Assembly (NCBI GenBank): GCA_038317055.1 | Contig: JBBQBA010000001.1 | Coordinates: 88,153 to 152,152 of the forward strand | Origin: Candidatus Saccharimonadales bacterium | GTDB lineage: Bacteria; Patescibacteriota; Saccharimonadia; Saccharimonadales; DATKHC01 | Length of the DNA: 64,000 bases | Direction of reading: 5' to 3' | Shown here: positions 38,610 through 48,329 of the stretch, in pieces | How the letters are laid out: each line of letters begins with the position of its first letter | Numbering within the stretch: the first letter of the stretch is position 1 | Notes under the pieces: generated by a model | What the model was told of the DNA's origin: nothing | Databases searched by the model: none | What the model saw: only the letters and a program-made list of their open reading frames with translations | Made by a program: the position numbers and the translations under genes

Positions 38610-39482
38610 TCACACTTTCAGGAGTAAATATACTCCAAATACCGATGATATAAAAATTATTAACGCTAATAAAACTACTTGAATAAAACCTTTTGTAATG
38701 GCTTTTTTGGATAATGGATTTCGACCAATGGATATTAAGCTACTCCGCGCAGCACCATATAACATAGTTCCAGCCATGATTGATGCAATCGCAATAACTG
38801 AAACACCCAACCATATACGCCATGCAGTTACACTTTTTCCGGTAATTGTTCTACTGAATTGTTCCAATACTCGTGGAACTCCGCTATTGCTAGATACAAG
38901 AAGAGGGTTATGACCAATTGATATATTCGAACTAACTAACCCAATATGAACTGTTACGGTGCCACTAGAAGTTTTAATTTTTTCGGTGCTAATTATTGGA
39001 CTACTGTTATTAAAACTAGCGAGTGCTTGTGCTATCACAATCGGCGCAGAAGAATTAGTCTTCATAGCTATTCCATCTAGAGAAGAAACAGTTAAATAGT
39101 TCCCGGCTGATATTGGACCATTTTGATCACTAACCAAAACATTATAATGTCCATTATTAGCTACAAATACTGCACTTCCAGTTTTTGTACTATCTTGGAT
39201 TGCAATTGCTGCATTAGCTGAATTAACAATAATACCAAAAGTGCCATAAATATTATCTTGACTTGCTGGAATAACGGATGTTGCATCTCCTTTTGCAAGT
39301 TGAACTATCATGCCGTTTTGTAGATTAGCAGAAGTAGAGTAACTTTGAATGAATGTATTTGGAACCGGAAACGTAGGAGATGCAGCAGAGGAATGATGAA
39401 CGGTCAGCAAAAAAACAATTAGCAACGTAAAAGTAGCTAACAGATACAATACTCTTGAACTACTTTGTTTTGTTTTTTGCAT
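38610..39482 (-). CDS. Hypothetical secreted protein with C-terminal two-helix hairpin resembling an ATPase c subunit (no ion-binding carboxylate)
   Basis: 290 aa. Signal peptide, ~190-aa ectodomain, then ...IASIMAGTMLYGAARSSLISIGRNPLSKKAITKGFIQVVLLALIIFISSVFGVYLLLKV (compare the c-subunit loop G.ARQPE). It is the first gene of the atp operon. Confidence 0.45.
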   Translation of the reverse strand: MQKTKQSSSRVLYLLATFTLLIVFLLTVHHSSAASPTFPVPNTFIQSYSTSANLQNGMIVQLAKGDATSVIPASQDNIYGTFGIIVNSANAAIAIQDSTKTGSAVFVANNGHYNVLVSDQNGPISAGNYLTVSSLDGIAMKTNSSAPIVIAQALASFNNSSPIISTEKIKTSSGTVTVHIGLVSSNISIGHNPLLVSSNSGVPRVLEQFSRTITGKSVTAWRIWLGVSVIAIASIMAGTMLYGAARSSLISIGRNPLSKKAITKGFIQVVLLALIIFISSVFGVYLLLKV

Positions 39483-39545
39483 TTTTAATTTTTAGTTACA
39501 ATCTGTAAATATTATAACCTAACTGCTTACGCCAACAAAGGGTTA

Positions 39546-40688
39546 TTATAAGATTTTCAAGAGTGAATCAACCACGTAATTTATATCAGTCTTAGTCGTA
39601 GTTTTACCCATTGAAAATCTTAAGCTAGCTCGTGCATCATTTTCGTCTATACCAATTGCTATCAAAGTTGGTGATATATCATCTAAACTGGCACTACATG
39701 CAGATCCTGAAGCACAAATAATACCCATCTCATCAAGTTTCATAAGTAATATTTCATTGTCTTGACCCATAAAGGTTAGGTGAATGTTATTTGGTAGTCT
39801 TTTTGATCTCGAACCATTAATTTTTACTGTTGAAATATTTTTTGTAATTTTATCAATAAAATAATCTTGTAGTTGTTTCATTCTATTTGACTCTTCAATA
39901 CGATTTTCTTGAACTAAAGCTAAAGCCTGAGCGAAACCTACTATATTCGCTGGATTTTCAGTACCGCTTCGCAAGCCTCTTTCCTGACCTCCACCTAGTA
40001 TTTGAGGAGATAATTCAATGTGCCTGTTAACGTATAAAGCACCGAATTGTTTAGGACCATAAATTTTTCCACTATTTAAAGTCATTAGGTCGACACCGAG
40101 TCTTGACACATGAAGATCCAAATATGAGGGAGTTTGACATGCATCTGTGTGCAAAAGTAGAGGTAAGCTATTATTACTGTTTCTGCGATTTTTTCGTAAT
40201 TTTGATATTATTCTAGATATCTTAAGAAGTGGTTCAATTGTACCTATTTCATTATTTGCATACATTATACTAATTAGTACTGTATTGTTGTCGATTAATG
40301 ACTCTAATTTTTTTAAGTCAATTTGACCATCTGGCAATACCTGGGCAATTTTATGATTATATTTCTCGGCCGGTTTTAATACTGATTCATGCTCTATTGC
40401 ACCTACAACTAAATTAGCTTCAGGGTATAGTTCCATTACACCATTTATAGCTAAGTTATTTGCTTCAGTGCCGCCTGCTGTAAAGACTATTTCATTTGAT
40501 TTACAACCTAGCCAATGTGCAATACCTGCTCTAGCATTATCGATGTCTTTAGATACTGCTTTTGCACTTAAATAGTTTGCTGATGGGTTATAGAACTTAT
40601 CGCTAAAGTATGGATCCATAGCTAGTTTAACCCTGCTATCAACTGGTGTAGCAGCCGCATGATCCATATATACAATTTTCTTGATCAT
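39546..40688 (-). CDS. Cysteine desulfurase (NifS/IscS class V aminotransferase)
   Basis: MIKKIVYMDHAAATPVD..., FTAGGTEANN, a PLP-Lys region SGKIYGPKQFGALYV, and the active-site loop SGSACSA. The start is moved to 40688 to avoid overlapping the upstream ORF. Confidence 0.85.
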   Translation of the reverse strand: MIKKIVYMDHAAATPVDSRVKLAMDPYFSDKFYNPSANYLSAKAVSKDIDNARAGIAHWLGCKSNEIVFTAGGTEANNLAINGVMELYPEANLVVGAIEHESVLKPAEKYNHKIAQVLPDGQIDLKKLESLIDNNTVLISIMYANNEIGTIEPLLKISRIISKLRKNRRNSNNSLPLLLHTDACQTPSYLDLHVSRLGVDLMTLNSGKIYGPKQFGALYVNRHIELSPQILGGGQERGLRSGTENPANIVGFAQALALVQENRIEESNRMKQLQDYFIDKITKNISTVKINGSRSKRLPNNIHLTFMGQDNEILLMKLDEMGIICASGSACSASLDDISPTLIAIGIDENDARASLRFSMGKTTTKTDINYVVDSLLKIL

Positions 40689-40695
40689 AAGACCA

Positions 40696-41070
40696 TTAAG
40701 AAACTTGTGTATATAATTCAGTTCTAATTCGTTGGTTGTATATTTGAGCAGCTTTGTATAGATTAACTGCTTCTTCTCTGCCAAGTGGGTAGAATTCGCC
40801 GTTTTGAACTTTCATGATTTTATCAGGGTATATTTCGTACCTAGTTGTACTGTGATGAAGTTTGCTGTTTTCATCATTCCATTCTTCATACCAAACCCAA
40901 GTTCGGTCATCCAAACAAAAGAACTCTCGTGTATGGCCCTTTGGTACTGGACCGAAGAGTTTACCACCTATCTTAGCTTCTCTTCGTATTAATTTACGGT
41001 TAGTCGGTGGATTACCATTTATCTGTTTTGAGATTGCAAATATACTATTAAACTTCATCGAATTGTCCAC
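40696..41070 (-). CDS. Hypothetical protein
   Basis: 124-aa ORF in operon context. No family recognised. Confidence 0.35.
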   Translation of the reverse strand: MDNSMKFNSIFAISKQINGNPPTNRKLIRREAKIGGKLFGPVPKGHTREFFCLDDRTWVWYEEWNDENSKLHHSTTRYEIYPDKIMKVQNGEFYPLGREEAVNLYKAAQIYNQRIRTELYTQVS

Positions 41071-41380
41071 TATTATTCTGTCTTTTAGCCTTTTCGATAA
41101 GATCTTGGACGTATGAAACTACTGGATCTATACTTTCAATTTCTGGCTGACTCTCTGGCGTTAAAGCTTGAGCTTCTAATGACTGAGGGAAAGTATTAAT
41201 AGTTGGTTCAAATTCTGTTGATTGTTCAGTTCTGTAGTTTTCTACAGGACCCTCATTAACAATAAGTTCACTAAAGCCTAAGAAATCTAGTGCAGCACCA
41301 ATAAACATTAAAGATCTAGCGACAGTATCTACTCTGTTACTAGCTTCAATCTTGGACCCGAATTCTCCGCTTTTAGGCAT
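41048..41380 (-). CDS. Hypothetical protein
   Basis: 110-aa ORF whose start overlaps the tatD stop by 8 nt. No family recognised. Confidence 0.35.
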   Translation of the reverse strand: MPKSGEFGSKIEASNRVDTVARSLMFIGAALDFLGFSELIVNEGPVENYRTEQSTEFEPTINTFPQSLEAQALTPESQPEIESIDPVVSYVQDLIEKAKRQNNSGQFDEV

Positions 41381-42155
41381 TCTGTTCCTCTAAGTTAAAA
41401 AGTTTATTTGCATTCCCACTTGTGCTTGTTGCTAGGTCATCCAGCTCATTACCTCGTAATTTCGCTAAAAACTTGGCAGTGTCTCGCACATGTTTAGGTT
41501 GGCAAATTGTACCACGAAATGGTACTGGTGTCAAGTAGGGCGCATCTGTTTCTAGTACTAATTTATCACTAGGAACTTTCTCGGCCGCATTCAATTGTAT
41601 GGCATTTTTAGAAAAAGTCATAATTCCATTTAACCCTATGTAGAGGCCTCGCCTTACTACCTCATCTAAAACCTTAGAATCAGCCGTAAAACTATGAATA
41701 ACCCCCCTTAGACCCTTAAAATTGTCGAAAATGGGCCAAAAATCATCGAAAGCGTCCCTTACATGGAAAATAAGCGGTAAATTATGCTTTTGGGCTAAAT
41801 TTAACTGAAATTCAAGTATTTCTCTCTGATCAGTCTTATCTGAATGATCATAGTAGTAATCTAGCCCACATTCGCCTAGAGCAACTACCTTATTCTTGGT
41901 TGTAAGCTCCTCAAATGCCAACAAAGCTTCATGATTACCCCTGTAATGTCTAGATTCATGTGGGTGTATACCGATACTTGCCCAGGTGTTTGGGTTATTA
42001 CCTACAAATTTTACAGCTAACTGGCTATCTTCTAGATCCTGGCCTACGCATATAAGTTTTGTTACTCCGTCAGCAATAGCGTCTTTTATAACGTCTTTGG
42101 GATCAAGAGGATAGTCAGTTGAGTGGATATGACAATGTGTATCAACAAATTGCAT
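41373..42155 (-). CDS. tatD: TatD family metal-dependent hydrolase/DNase
   Basis: 260 aa. FVDTHCHI, GECGLDYY, IHVRDA, GVIHSF and ETDAPYL motifs. Confidence 0.9.
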   Translation of the reverse strand: MQFVDTHCHIHSTDYPLDPKDVIKDAIADGVTKLICVGQDLEDSQLAVKFVGNNPNTWASIGIHPHESRHYRGNHEALLAFEELTTKNKVVALGECGLDYYYDHSDKTDQREILEFQLNLAQKHNLPLIFHVRDAFDDFWPIFDNFKGLRGVIHSFTADSKVLDEVVRRGLYIGLNGIMTFSKNAIQLNAAEKVPSDKLVLETDAPYLTPVPFRGTICQPKHVRDTAKFLAKLRGNELDDLATSTSGNANKLFNLEEQNA

Positions 42156-42163
42156 ATATATTC

Positions 42164-43606
42164 CTATGCGTTTGCTTCTTCTACTCTAGGAAACAGTGTG
42201 GTTTCAGGTACGGAAAGAGTATTACCTGAGAAAATATTCTCAATCTTGTCTGATGTTTCAGGTAAAAAAGGTTTTAAAAAAACTGAAATATTTCTTATTT
42301 GAGCAACTTGGTTATCCAAAACTTCTTTAAGATGCTCTTTTTTTCCTTCTTTATTTAGTAGCCAGGGTTTTTCATCTTCTATATATTGATTCAAGTTCTT
42401 AACTTTTGTCCAAATAATGTCTAGAGCTCTATCAAATTTACAATCTGTTATTGCCTGTTCTAAAAGTTCTTTGGTTTGAGTATCTTCAGTAGAATCTACT
42501 AGAGCATTGTCCATATAGTTTCGAACCATCACTAGCGTTCGCTGAACAGCGTTACCTAGTTCATTTCCAAGCTCATTTTGATAAGCTTCATGAAATTTTC
42601 CCCATGTAAAATCTCCGTCGTTATAGCTTGGAATATGTCTTAAAACAAAGTACCTAAATGCATCCACCCCATATTTCTCAATAACTTCACCCGGTAATAC
42701 ATAGTTCCCGAGCGATTTACTCATTTTACTACCATCAATGTTAATAAAACCATGAACATATAGTTTATCTGGCAAGGGAAGTTTAAGTGAGAGTAAAATT
42801 CCCGGCCAAATTGCCGCATGGAATCTAAGAATATCCTTTCCTAAAACTTGGTAATTTGCTGGCCAGAATTTCTTAAAGTCATCACCATCTGGATAACTTA
42901 AAACAGTTATATAATTTAGCAGCGCTTCAAACCAAACATACATTACTTGAGTTTCATCTCCGGGTACATCAATTCCCCAGGCAATCTTTTCTTTTGGTCG
43001 ACTTATACTGATGTCTTCAAGACCATCTTTAATTACTTGGACTATTTCATTTTTACGAGTTTTGGGAATAATTTTTAATTTATCCGATTCAATTACCTCT
43101 AGTATCTTGTCGCTATAGCTACTTAATTTAAAAAAATAGTTTTCTTCTTCGATCTTTTCATAAGGTCTATTGTGAGCTGGACATGTACCATTATTTGCTT
43201 TAACGGTTGCTTCAGTAAAAAAAGCTTCGTCTCCGGTACAATACCAGCCAATGTATTTACTTTTATAGATATCGTCTTTAAGTTTTGCCCAAATTTCTTG
43301 TGCTCTTTTCTCATGATTTGGATCAGTTGTTCTGATAAATCGATCGTTAGATATATTGAGTTGTTTTGCTAAATCACTAAACTGCTTGCTTATTTTATCA
43401 GTGAATTCTTTAGTACTAATTGCTTCAGATGCGGCAATCTCGGCAATTTTTCCACCATGTTCATCTGTTCCGGTACTAAACAGTGTATCCTTGCCCTGTA
43501 CTCTAGCGTATCTAGCGAGAACATCGGCCATTATTAACTCCATTGCATGGCCTAAATGTGGCATGCCATTTACGTATGGAAGTGAAGTTGTAACATAAAA
43601 ATTCAT
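42164..43606 (-). CDS. metG: Methionine--tRNA ligase (short form)
   Basis: 480 aa. HIGH-type motif PYVNGMPHLGHA and KMSKS motif (SKMSKSLGN). Confidence 0.93.
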   Translation of the reverse strand: MNFYVTTSLPYVNGMPHLGHAMELIMADVLARYARVQGKDTLFSTGTDEHGGKIAEIAASEAISTKEFTDKISKQFSDLAKQLNISNDRFIRTTDPNHEKRAQEIWAKLKDDIYKSKYIGWYCTGDEAFFTEATVKANNGTCPAHNRPYEKIEEENYFFKLSSYSDKILEVIESDKLKIIPKTRKNEIVQVIKDGLEDISISRPKEKIAWGIDVPGDETQVMYVWFEALLNYITVLSYPDGDDFKKFWPANYQVLGKDILRFHAAIWPGILLSLKLPLPDKLYVHGFINIDGSKMSKSLGNYVLPGEVIEKYGVDAFRYFVLRHIPSYNDGDFTWGKFHEAYQNELGNELGNAVQRTLVMVRNYMDNALVDSTEDTQTKELLEQAITDCKFDRALDIIWTKVKNLNQYIEDEKPWLLNKEGKKEHLKEVLDNQVAQIRNISVFLKPFLPETSDKIENIFSGNTLSVPETTLFPRVEEANA

Positions 43607-43616
43607 AATTGTACTC

Positions 43617-43701
43617 TGGTGCGCGGGGCGGGACTCGAACCCGCAACCCTTTCGGGGACAGATTTTAAGTCTGTTGTGTAAACCAATTCCACCACCCGCG
43701 C
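43617..43701 (-). tRNA. tRNA-Leu (anticodon UAA), type II, CCA encoded
   Basis: Reverse complement: acceptor GCGCGGG/CCCGCGC; anticodon stem ACAGA/TCTGT with loop CTTAAAA; long variable arm; T-arm GCGGGTTCGAGTCCCGC; ACCA. Confidence 0.85.
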
Positions 43702-43738
43702 ATTACTATATGTTCATTATATATTGAACTTTTAATAT

Positions 43739-43813
43739 TGGAGGCACCTACCGGATTCGAACCGGTGTAAAAAGTTTTGCAGACTTCCACGTAACCACTC
43801 CGTCAAGGCGCCA
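43739..43813 (-). tRNA. tRNA-Cys (anticodon GCA), CCA encoded
   Basis: Reverse complement: acceptor GGCGCCT/AGGTGCC; anticodon loop CTGCAAA; T-arm ACCGGTTCGAATCCGGT; discriminator U then CCA. Confidence 0.85.
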
Positions 43814-43881
43814 TGTAATATCTTGACTATTATATGCTAAAACTACCCCTTAAGTATATATTTAGCCCCTGTTTCATAGAA

Positions 43882-45114
43882 TCAATTTAGACAACTTCCG
43901 GTTGATGCTCTGATCTGGCTATTTTTAACATTGTTTACTTCTGAAGCGTAGCTGCTTGCAGATACAAAATAACTTAAATTACCATCCGCATCACCACTAA
44001 AAGATTGGTCGTCTGTTGAATTCTGGAAATAAATAAAAGAAAGGTGTCCAAGAACCGAACCATCACTTAATATTAATGGTCCACCCGAATCTCCGTGGTT
44101 ACTAGGTGCCAATACTTGGTAAAAGGGTGTGTTTCCACCGATATTAACATCAGCTGAAACTGTAACCTGTAAATTGGAGAAAGTATCATATTTAATAATA
44201 GGACCGACCCCATCTGTAAGGGGTCCTCCTTCTTTATAGCCAAGTAATGTAGTTTGAGTACCAATTGGTTGAAGATCGGTATTGATTTTAAGTGCAGTGT
44301 CTGGCAAATCAGGTACATAAATAACCGCGAGATCCTTTTTTGTATCATAAAGTGTTACTGTACCGACATAACTATGATTTCTATCGCTTATCTTAATTAA
44401 GCCTGCACCAGCTACAACGTGAGCAGCCGTTACGACAACATGATTATGTGCAACGTAACCAGAACCATAATGAAGCTCACCGCAACCAGACCACTCTATT
44501 AGAACTACCGAGTTATTAACTTTTCTAATTGCATTAGCAAAAGGACCCTGAGTTGGAAGATCGTAGGCTGTCGTCGATGTTCCGGGACTATGCACAGTTA
44601 ACTTTGTTGTCCCCTGAAACGGTACAGTGTGGTTTGGATCAATTAAAAAGAAAGCATTTGAAATCTTTATTCCTGCTATTGTGTGTTCGTTGATAAAAGC
44701 TAAAATTCTTGATTCGAGGACTGCATTTTGTGCGTTAACAGATGAGTTATTTAGCACATATGATGCTCCAAAACATATAAATATTATTCCACCAATAAGG
44801 CCTACAAATATTCCTAAATACCTATCTGGTTTTTGAAGCTTTGTGCCTAAAGTCTTTATTCTCAACCTATTACCAAGAAATTCTCCAAGAACAAAAAAAC
44901 CCACACCAAAGGCAAGACTTATTACAATTTCGAGGATTTTAATTTTTGTTGATGGGTGAAAAGATTTACCTAAAATTAAACTCAATCTTACTCCAATTGA
45001 TAATCCAACTAGACCAAATACAAAAGAGAATATTTGTAAAATAGCTCCTCGGTAATAGCTAAAATATATACTGCAAAATAGTAACAGGATTATTAATGCG
45101 TCTAGTAAGCTCAT
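43882..45114 (-). CDS. CvpA-family membrane domain fused to a trypsin-like (S1) serine protease (MarP-like architecture)
   Basis: 410 aa. Four N-terminal TM helices (MSLLDALIILLLF...). The C-terminal protease has His (VVTAAHVV), Asp (KKDLAVIYV) and Ser (NHGDSGGPL). Confidence 0.75.
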   Translation of the reverse strand: MSLLDALIILLLFCSIYFSYYRGAILQIFSFVFGLVGLSIGVRLSLILGKSFHPSTKIKILEIVISLAFGVGFFVLGEFLGNRLRIKTLGTKLQKPDRYLGIFVGLIGGIIFICFGASYVLNNSSVNAQNAVLESRILAFINEHTIAGIKISNAFFLIDPNHTVPFQGTTKLTVHSPGTSTTAYDLPTQGPFANAIRKVNNSVVLIEWSGCGELHYGSGYVAHNHVVVTAAHVVAGAGLIKISDRNHSYVGTVTLYDTKKDLAVIYVPDLPDTALKINTDLQPIGTQTTLLGYKEGGPLTDGVGPIIKYDTFSNLQVTVSADVNIGGNTPFYQVLAPSNHGDSGGPLILSDGSVLGHLSFIYFQNSTDDQSFSGDADGNLSYFVSASSYASEVNNVKNSQIRASTGSCLN

Positions 45115-45216
45115 TTTATTTAAATATCAATCTGGAAGTAAGCTGATTTTTTGTCTGTATATTATCTTCCTGGAGTCATTATATGCGTTAACTATCTGAT
45201 ATCAAATTAGTCATAC

Positions 45217-45996
45217 TTACTTTGTGAAAACTTCCCTTACCTTGGGACGAGTCAAATATATTACAAGGGCACCATGAGCAATGATTTCAATAGATGTTAC
45301 GAGGTAGGCTATGTCATAAGTTTTTCCGAGAGTCTTTTGCTGTTTTTTGATTGATGCTTCAGCTGCGTTTACTTCAGATTCTTGCTGCAAAGTTAAATTA
45401 GGTCGGCTTTGAAGAGATTGTAGGGAAGATTGTGCTCGTGCAGCATCCCGCTGAGCTAGATTGAAGATTAAAATAAGTCCAACTATATAGATTACGGAAA
45501 GAACTATTGTAAGCAGTGATATTATTATCATTATTTTTCTAATTATTTCTTTCCTAAGAAGTAAGCCTGCCGCCAATAATAAATCGATTAAGTAAAACAG
45601 ACTTTGAATTAAAGACGTATTCGTGTTGAAGAAATTAATAATAAAACCAACTACCAAAACTGCAACTATTATATAAATTCCAATTGGTGTCTTAGTTTTT
45701 TCTTCTTTCAACTGTGAACCCGTTATACCGACTAAATTCTGAGTGGCATCAGCTGTTTCCGATGGATTATCAATAGGGGTGTTTATTGGTTGAGGTTGAG
45801 GAGTCTGTGGTAGATTAATTGGAGTAGGCTGCGTTGGAGGGTTTGCGGCTATTTCAGCAGATTTCATTTCATCAACAAATGCAGCTGACGGCTGAATAAC
45901 TGTATTCATCCCACTTTCTGGGTGTTCAGTTGGCTGACTTATTGCTTGATTGTCGGGAATTTTTTGTATTTTTGGTTGGTTGTTTGGATCATCCAT
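45217..45996 (-). CDS. Hypothetical membrane protein with Pro/Gln-rich N-terminus
   Basis: 259 aa with about 4 TM helices. No family recognised. Confidence 0.4.
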   Translation of the reverse strand: MDDPNNQPKIQKIPDNQAISQPTEHPESGMNTVIQPSAAFVDEMKSAEIAANPPTQPTPINLPQTPQPQPINTPIDNPSETADATQNLVGITGSQLKEEKTKTPIGIYIIVAVLVVGFIINFFNTNTSLIQSLFYLIDLLLAAGLLLRKEIIRKIMIIISLLTIVLSVIYIVGLILIFNLAQRDAARAQSSLQSLQSRPNLTLQQESEVNAAEASIKKQQKTLGKTYDIAYLVTSIEIIAHGALVIYLTRPKVREVFTK

Positions 45997-46099
45997 TCTG
46001 TCATAACAATAAACAGTTATTTTGATTTATGCAATCAATAACTAATCAAATTTTATGGGGTGATAATTTTTATGCCTATAATTAATAGTGGAGCTAGGT

Positions 46100-46435
46100 T
46101 TACATACCTGGCATTGGCAAAACTTCTAATAGGTCTATTGTTGCACCATCGCGCTTCAAGTGAGGGTGGGTCTTAAGTAACCCTACTATCGCATCTTTTT
46201 CACCTTCTATCATCGAATATCCTGAAACATTACTGACACTGTCACCTACTCCACTGTTTGATACCAGGCTGACACCCTGTAGGGGCATTCCGAAATCAAA
46301 TTTAGTCATTTTATCTGCCTCTGTTTTCCATTGCATCCATTCATCCATACTAGCTTTCATTTCTTCTGGAGTAGCGTTTGCCATTAAATCTGAAGCTGAT
46401 TTAGTTGAATTATATAAAATTACATATTTAGACAT
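46100..46435 (-). CDS. Small YCII-related-like protein (hypothetical)
   Basis: 111 aa. The MSKYVILY... start and the C-terminal ...GYSMIEGEKDAIVGLLKTHPHL...IDLLEV pattern resemble the YCII/DGPF dimeric alpha-beta barrel family. Confidence 0.4.
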   Translation of the reverse strand: MSKYVILYNSTKSASDLMANATPEEMKASMDEWMQWKTEADKMTKFDFGMPLQGVSLVSNSGVGDSVSNVSGYSMIEGEKDAIVGLLKTHPHLKRDGATIDLLEVLPMPGM

Positions 46436-46567
46436 TATAATCTCCTTTTAACTTAATGATTACATTGTATTCCTGCTCACCTTATCTGACTATACTATTC
46501 CCACTTTTGATCTTTCTGGTATTATTTCTGAGATTTTTACACCCTTTTATTATCAAAAATATAGAAA

Positions 46568-47119
46568 CTACGAATACTTTATTCGAGGCTTTACGAGCAC
46601 CGAACTAGTCTTAACATCAACTTCACTAATTTCATAATCGGGCATTTCAAGTGCTGCAGCATTAAACACAGCAATCCTTCCGGCAAGTCTTCTCCTGTTT
46701 GAATTGTTTCGACTTAACCTATCAGCTAACCATGGTCGTTTATTTACATCGATTGCGAAAGCCGCAAACCTTAATAATCCGTTTTGATGTTGAACAACTA
46801 TAGCTCCTTCTTCCATGATTTCACCGTCGTTTGCAATTTCAGATTTAGAGGTTGGTGAAATTCGGATGTTATCTGATTCTATATCAATTGCCGAATGATC
46901 AAAAGCCACAATAGAACTACCAACGTCGATTAGTCCTGCTCCTTTTGAATTGGGAATATAGCCATTCGCTAACATAACTCCAGGTGGAGTATCAAGAGTT
47001 TTAGCTTTTTCCGCTGTGTCCGTTAATACTCCCATTTCAACAGCTACTGGGTAAGTTAAATACGGGCGTTCAGGTTCACTAGAAGACATAAACCCAAATC
47101 GTTCTAGGTATTTAATCAT
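46568..47119 (-). CDS. Hypothetical protein
   Basis: 183-aa ORF. No family recognised. Confidence 0.4.
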   Translation of the reverse strand: MIKYLERFGFMSSSEPERPYLTYPVAVEMGVLTDTAEKAKTLDTPPGVMLANGYIPNSKGAGLIDVGSSIVAFDHSAIDIESDNIRISPTSKSEIANDGEIMEEGAIVVQHQNGLLRFAAFAIDVNKRPWLADRLSRNNSNRRRLAGRIAVFNAAALEMPDYEISEVDVKTSSVLVKPRIKYS

Positions 47120-47424
47120 ACTTAATCTCCTCTCTCAATCTACGAAAATTAACACAGCAATCAAGCCGTAGGTTTATAGTAAATCCACTTAGGACATATT
47201 GATGTATGAATATTCACAGTTCCATTTAATATTTAAATAATAAATATTATAACTAAAATAGATAATGGTTATAAAATGCTAAAGTTAAACTATAATTAAG
47301 AAATAAAGTACGCGGAATAATGAAAAAGAAGTTTGATAGTGGTGGTAAATACCATGAAGCGTGTGTGGATGTTTAAGTTCAATATTAAGTTTTAGAATTA
47401 AAAAAGTAATTATTTTTAGTTATT

Positions 47425-47748
47425 TTATTTATCGATATTTTTATTAATAAAATTGTGCATCGCATAGAACTTTTTCTCATGAATTTTTTGTAGCCTTCTG
47501 TGGTCTACTTCCGTGAAGTGTTTATGGCATGTCTTAAAGTGGGTACCAGCCACATCGTGATGAGATAAACGAAAACAAGATACACATTTATGATTTTTGT
47601 ACCAAGTTATAATAACTCCAATAATAACAAGCTCACCTAAATCCGAACCAAAACCAGACCAAAAATTATACCATTGACTCCCAGTGGGAGCTATATGAAC
47701 TCCAGTAACGTTTAGACACCAGTGCCAGATTTCAGTCAATTCATTCAT
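47425..47748 (-). CDS. Hypothetical small membrane protein with Cys/His-rich C-terminus (phage-like)
   Basis: 107 aa. ...SQWYNFWSGFGSDLGELVIIGVIITWYKNHKCVSCFRLSHHDVAGTHFKTCHKHF... From memory it resembles small proteins seen in actinophage/prophage regions. This is unverified. Confidence 0.4.
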   Translation of the reverse strand: MNELTEIWHWCLNVTGVHIAPTGSQWYNFWSGFGSDLGELVIIGVIITWYKNHKCVSCFRLSHHDVAGTHFKTCHKHFTEVDHRRLQKIHEKKFYAMHNFINKNIDK

Positions 47749-47899
47749 AAATTATTTTAATTTCTTCACTTGCACTAAGCATAATATTGAAAAATCAAAA
47801 AAGCAACAAAAAGACAACTTACTTCAGTGGTCATAGTCTTATTCTTTGTGAAATTATAGAGTAAAAACGATTTTCTTAAAGTTCTTAACGTATAGTAGT

Positions 47900-48091
47900 T
47901 TAGTAAGCTTTTGTTGCGCCGTCTTCTACTGCTTTTTCCGCATTGTCTTTAGACATCATTGCACAAACAGTTGTTCCGCATTTTTCGTGCTTACCCTTTG
48001 CCATGAAACCACCTTTTTTTGTTTGAACTATCTCTGGTGAAGTCAAATCAACACCTTTTTCCTTACATTTAACGCAATATCCTGTAATCAT
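47900..48091 (-). CDS. Small zinc-ribbon protein (DUF5679-like)
   Basis: 63 aa. GYCVKCKEKG...KCGTTVC, giving two Cys pairs. Confidence 0.45.
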   Translation of the reverse strand: MITGYCVKCKEKGVDLTSPEIVQTKKGGFMAKGKHEKCGTTVCAMMSKDNAEKAVEDGATKAY

Positions 48092-48198
48092 TTCTGTCTC
48101 CTATTAAGTTGGTTATTATTATACATCTTTTTTCCAATTAAGGATTATAAATGAAAATACAAAGTTTCCATAGTGTTTATGCTTAGTTACGTAAATTT

Positions 48199-48213
48199 GT
48201 AAAAGTTTACACC
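48199..48213. repeat. Palindromic motif copy 1: GTAAA-AG-TTTAC(ACC), in the divergent spacer between the 47900..48091 (-) and 48330..48761 (+) genes
   Basis: Exact 14-mer GTAAAAGTTTACAC shared with 48850 and 49679. GTAAA/TTTAC form an inverted repeat. Confidence 0.7.
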
Positions 48214-48329
48214 CCAATTGGGAATGAAATATTTGGATGGATAAAAATATTGAAGTAGCATTACTGTGAGAATTCGTTATCAACCTTATAAATGGGAGTT
48301 ACACTGCCAAGTTTTGATATAGTTCTCTT

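Noticed and set aside
38610-39482. Calling the 290-aa first gene of the atp operon subunit a (atpB)
   Set aside because: It has only a signal peptide plus two C-terminal helices. It lacks the conserved Arg-containing helix and the 5-6 TM topology of subunit a.
40689-40784. N-terminal extension of the cysteine desulfurase ORF
   Set aside because: It overlaps the upstream 124-aa ORF. The conserved aminotransferase N-terminus (…YMDHAAATP) starts just after the Met at 40688.
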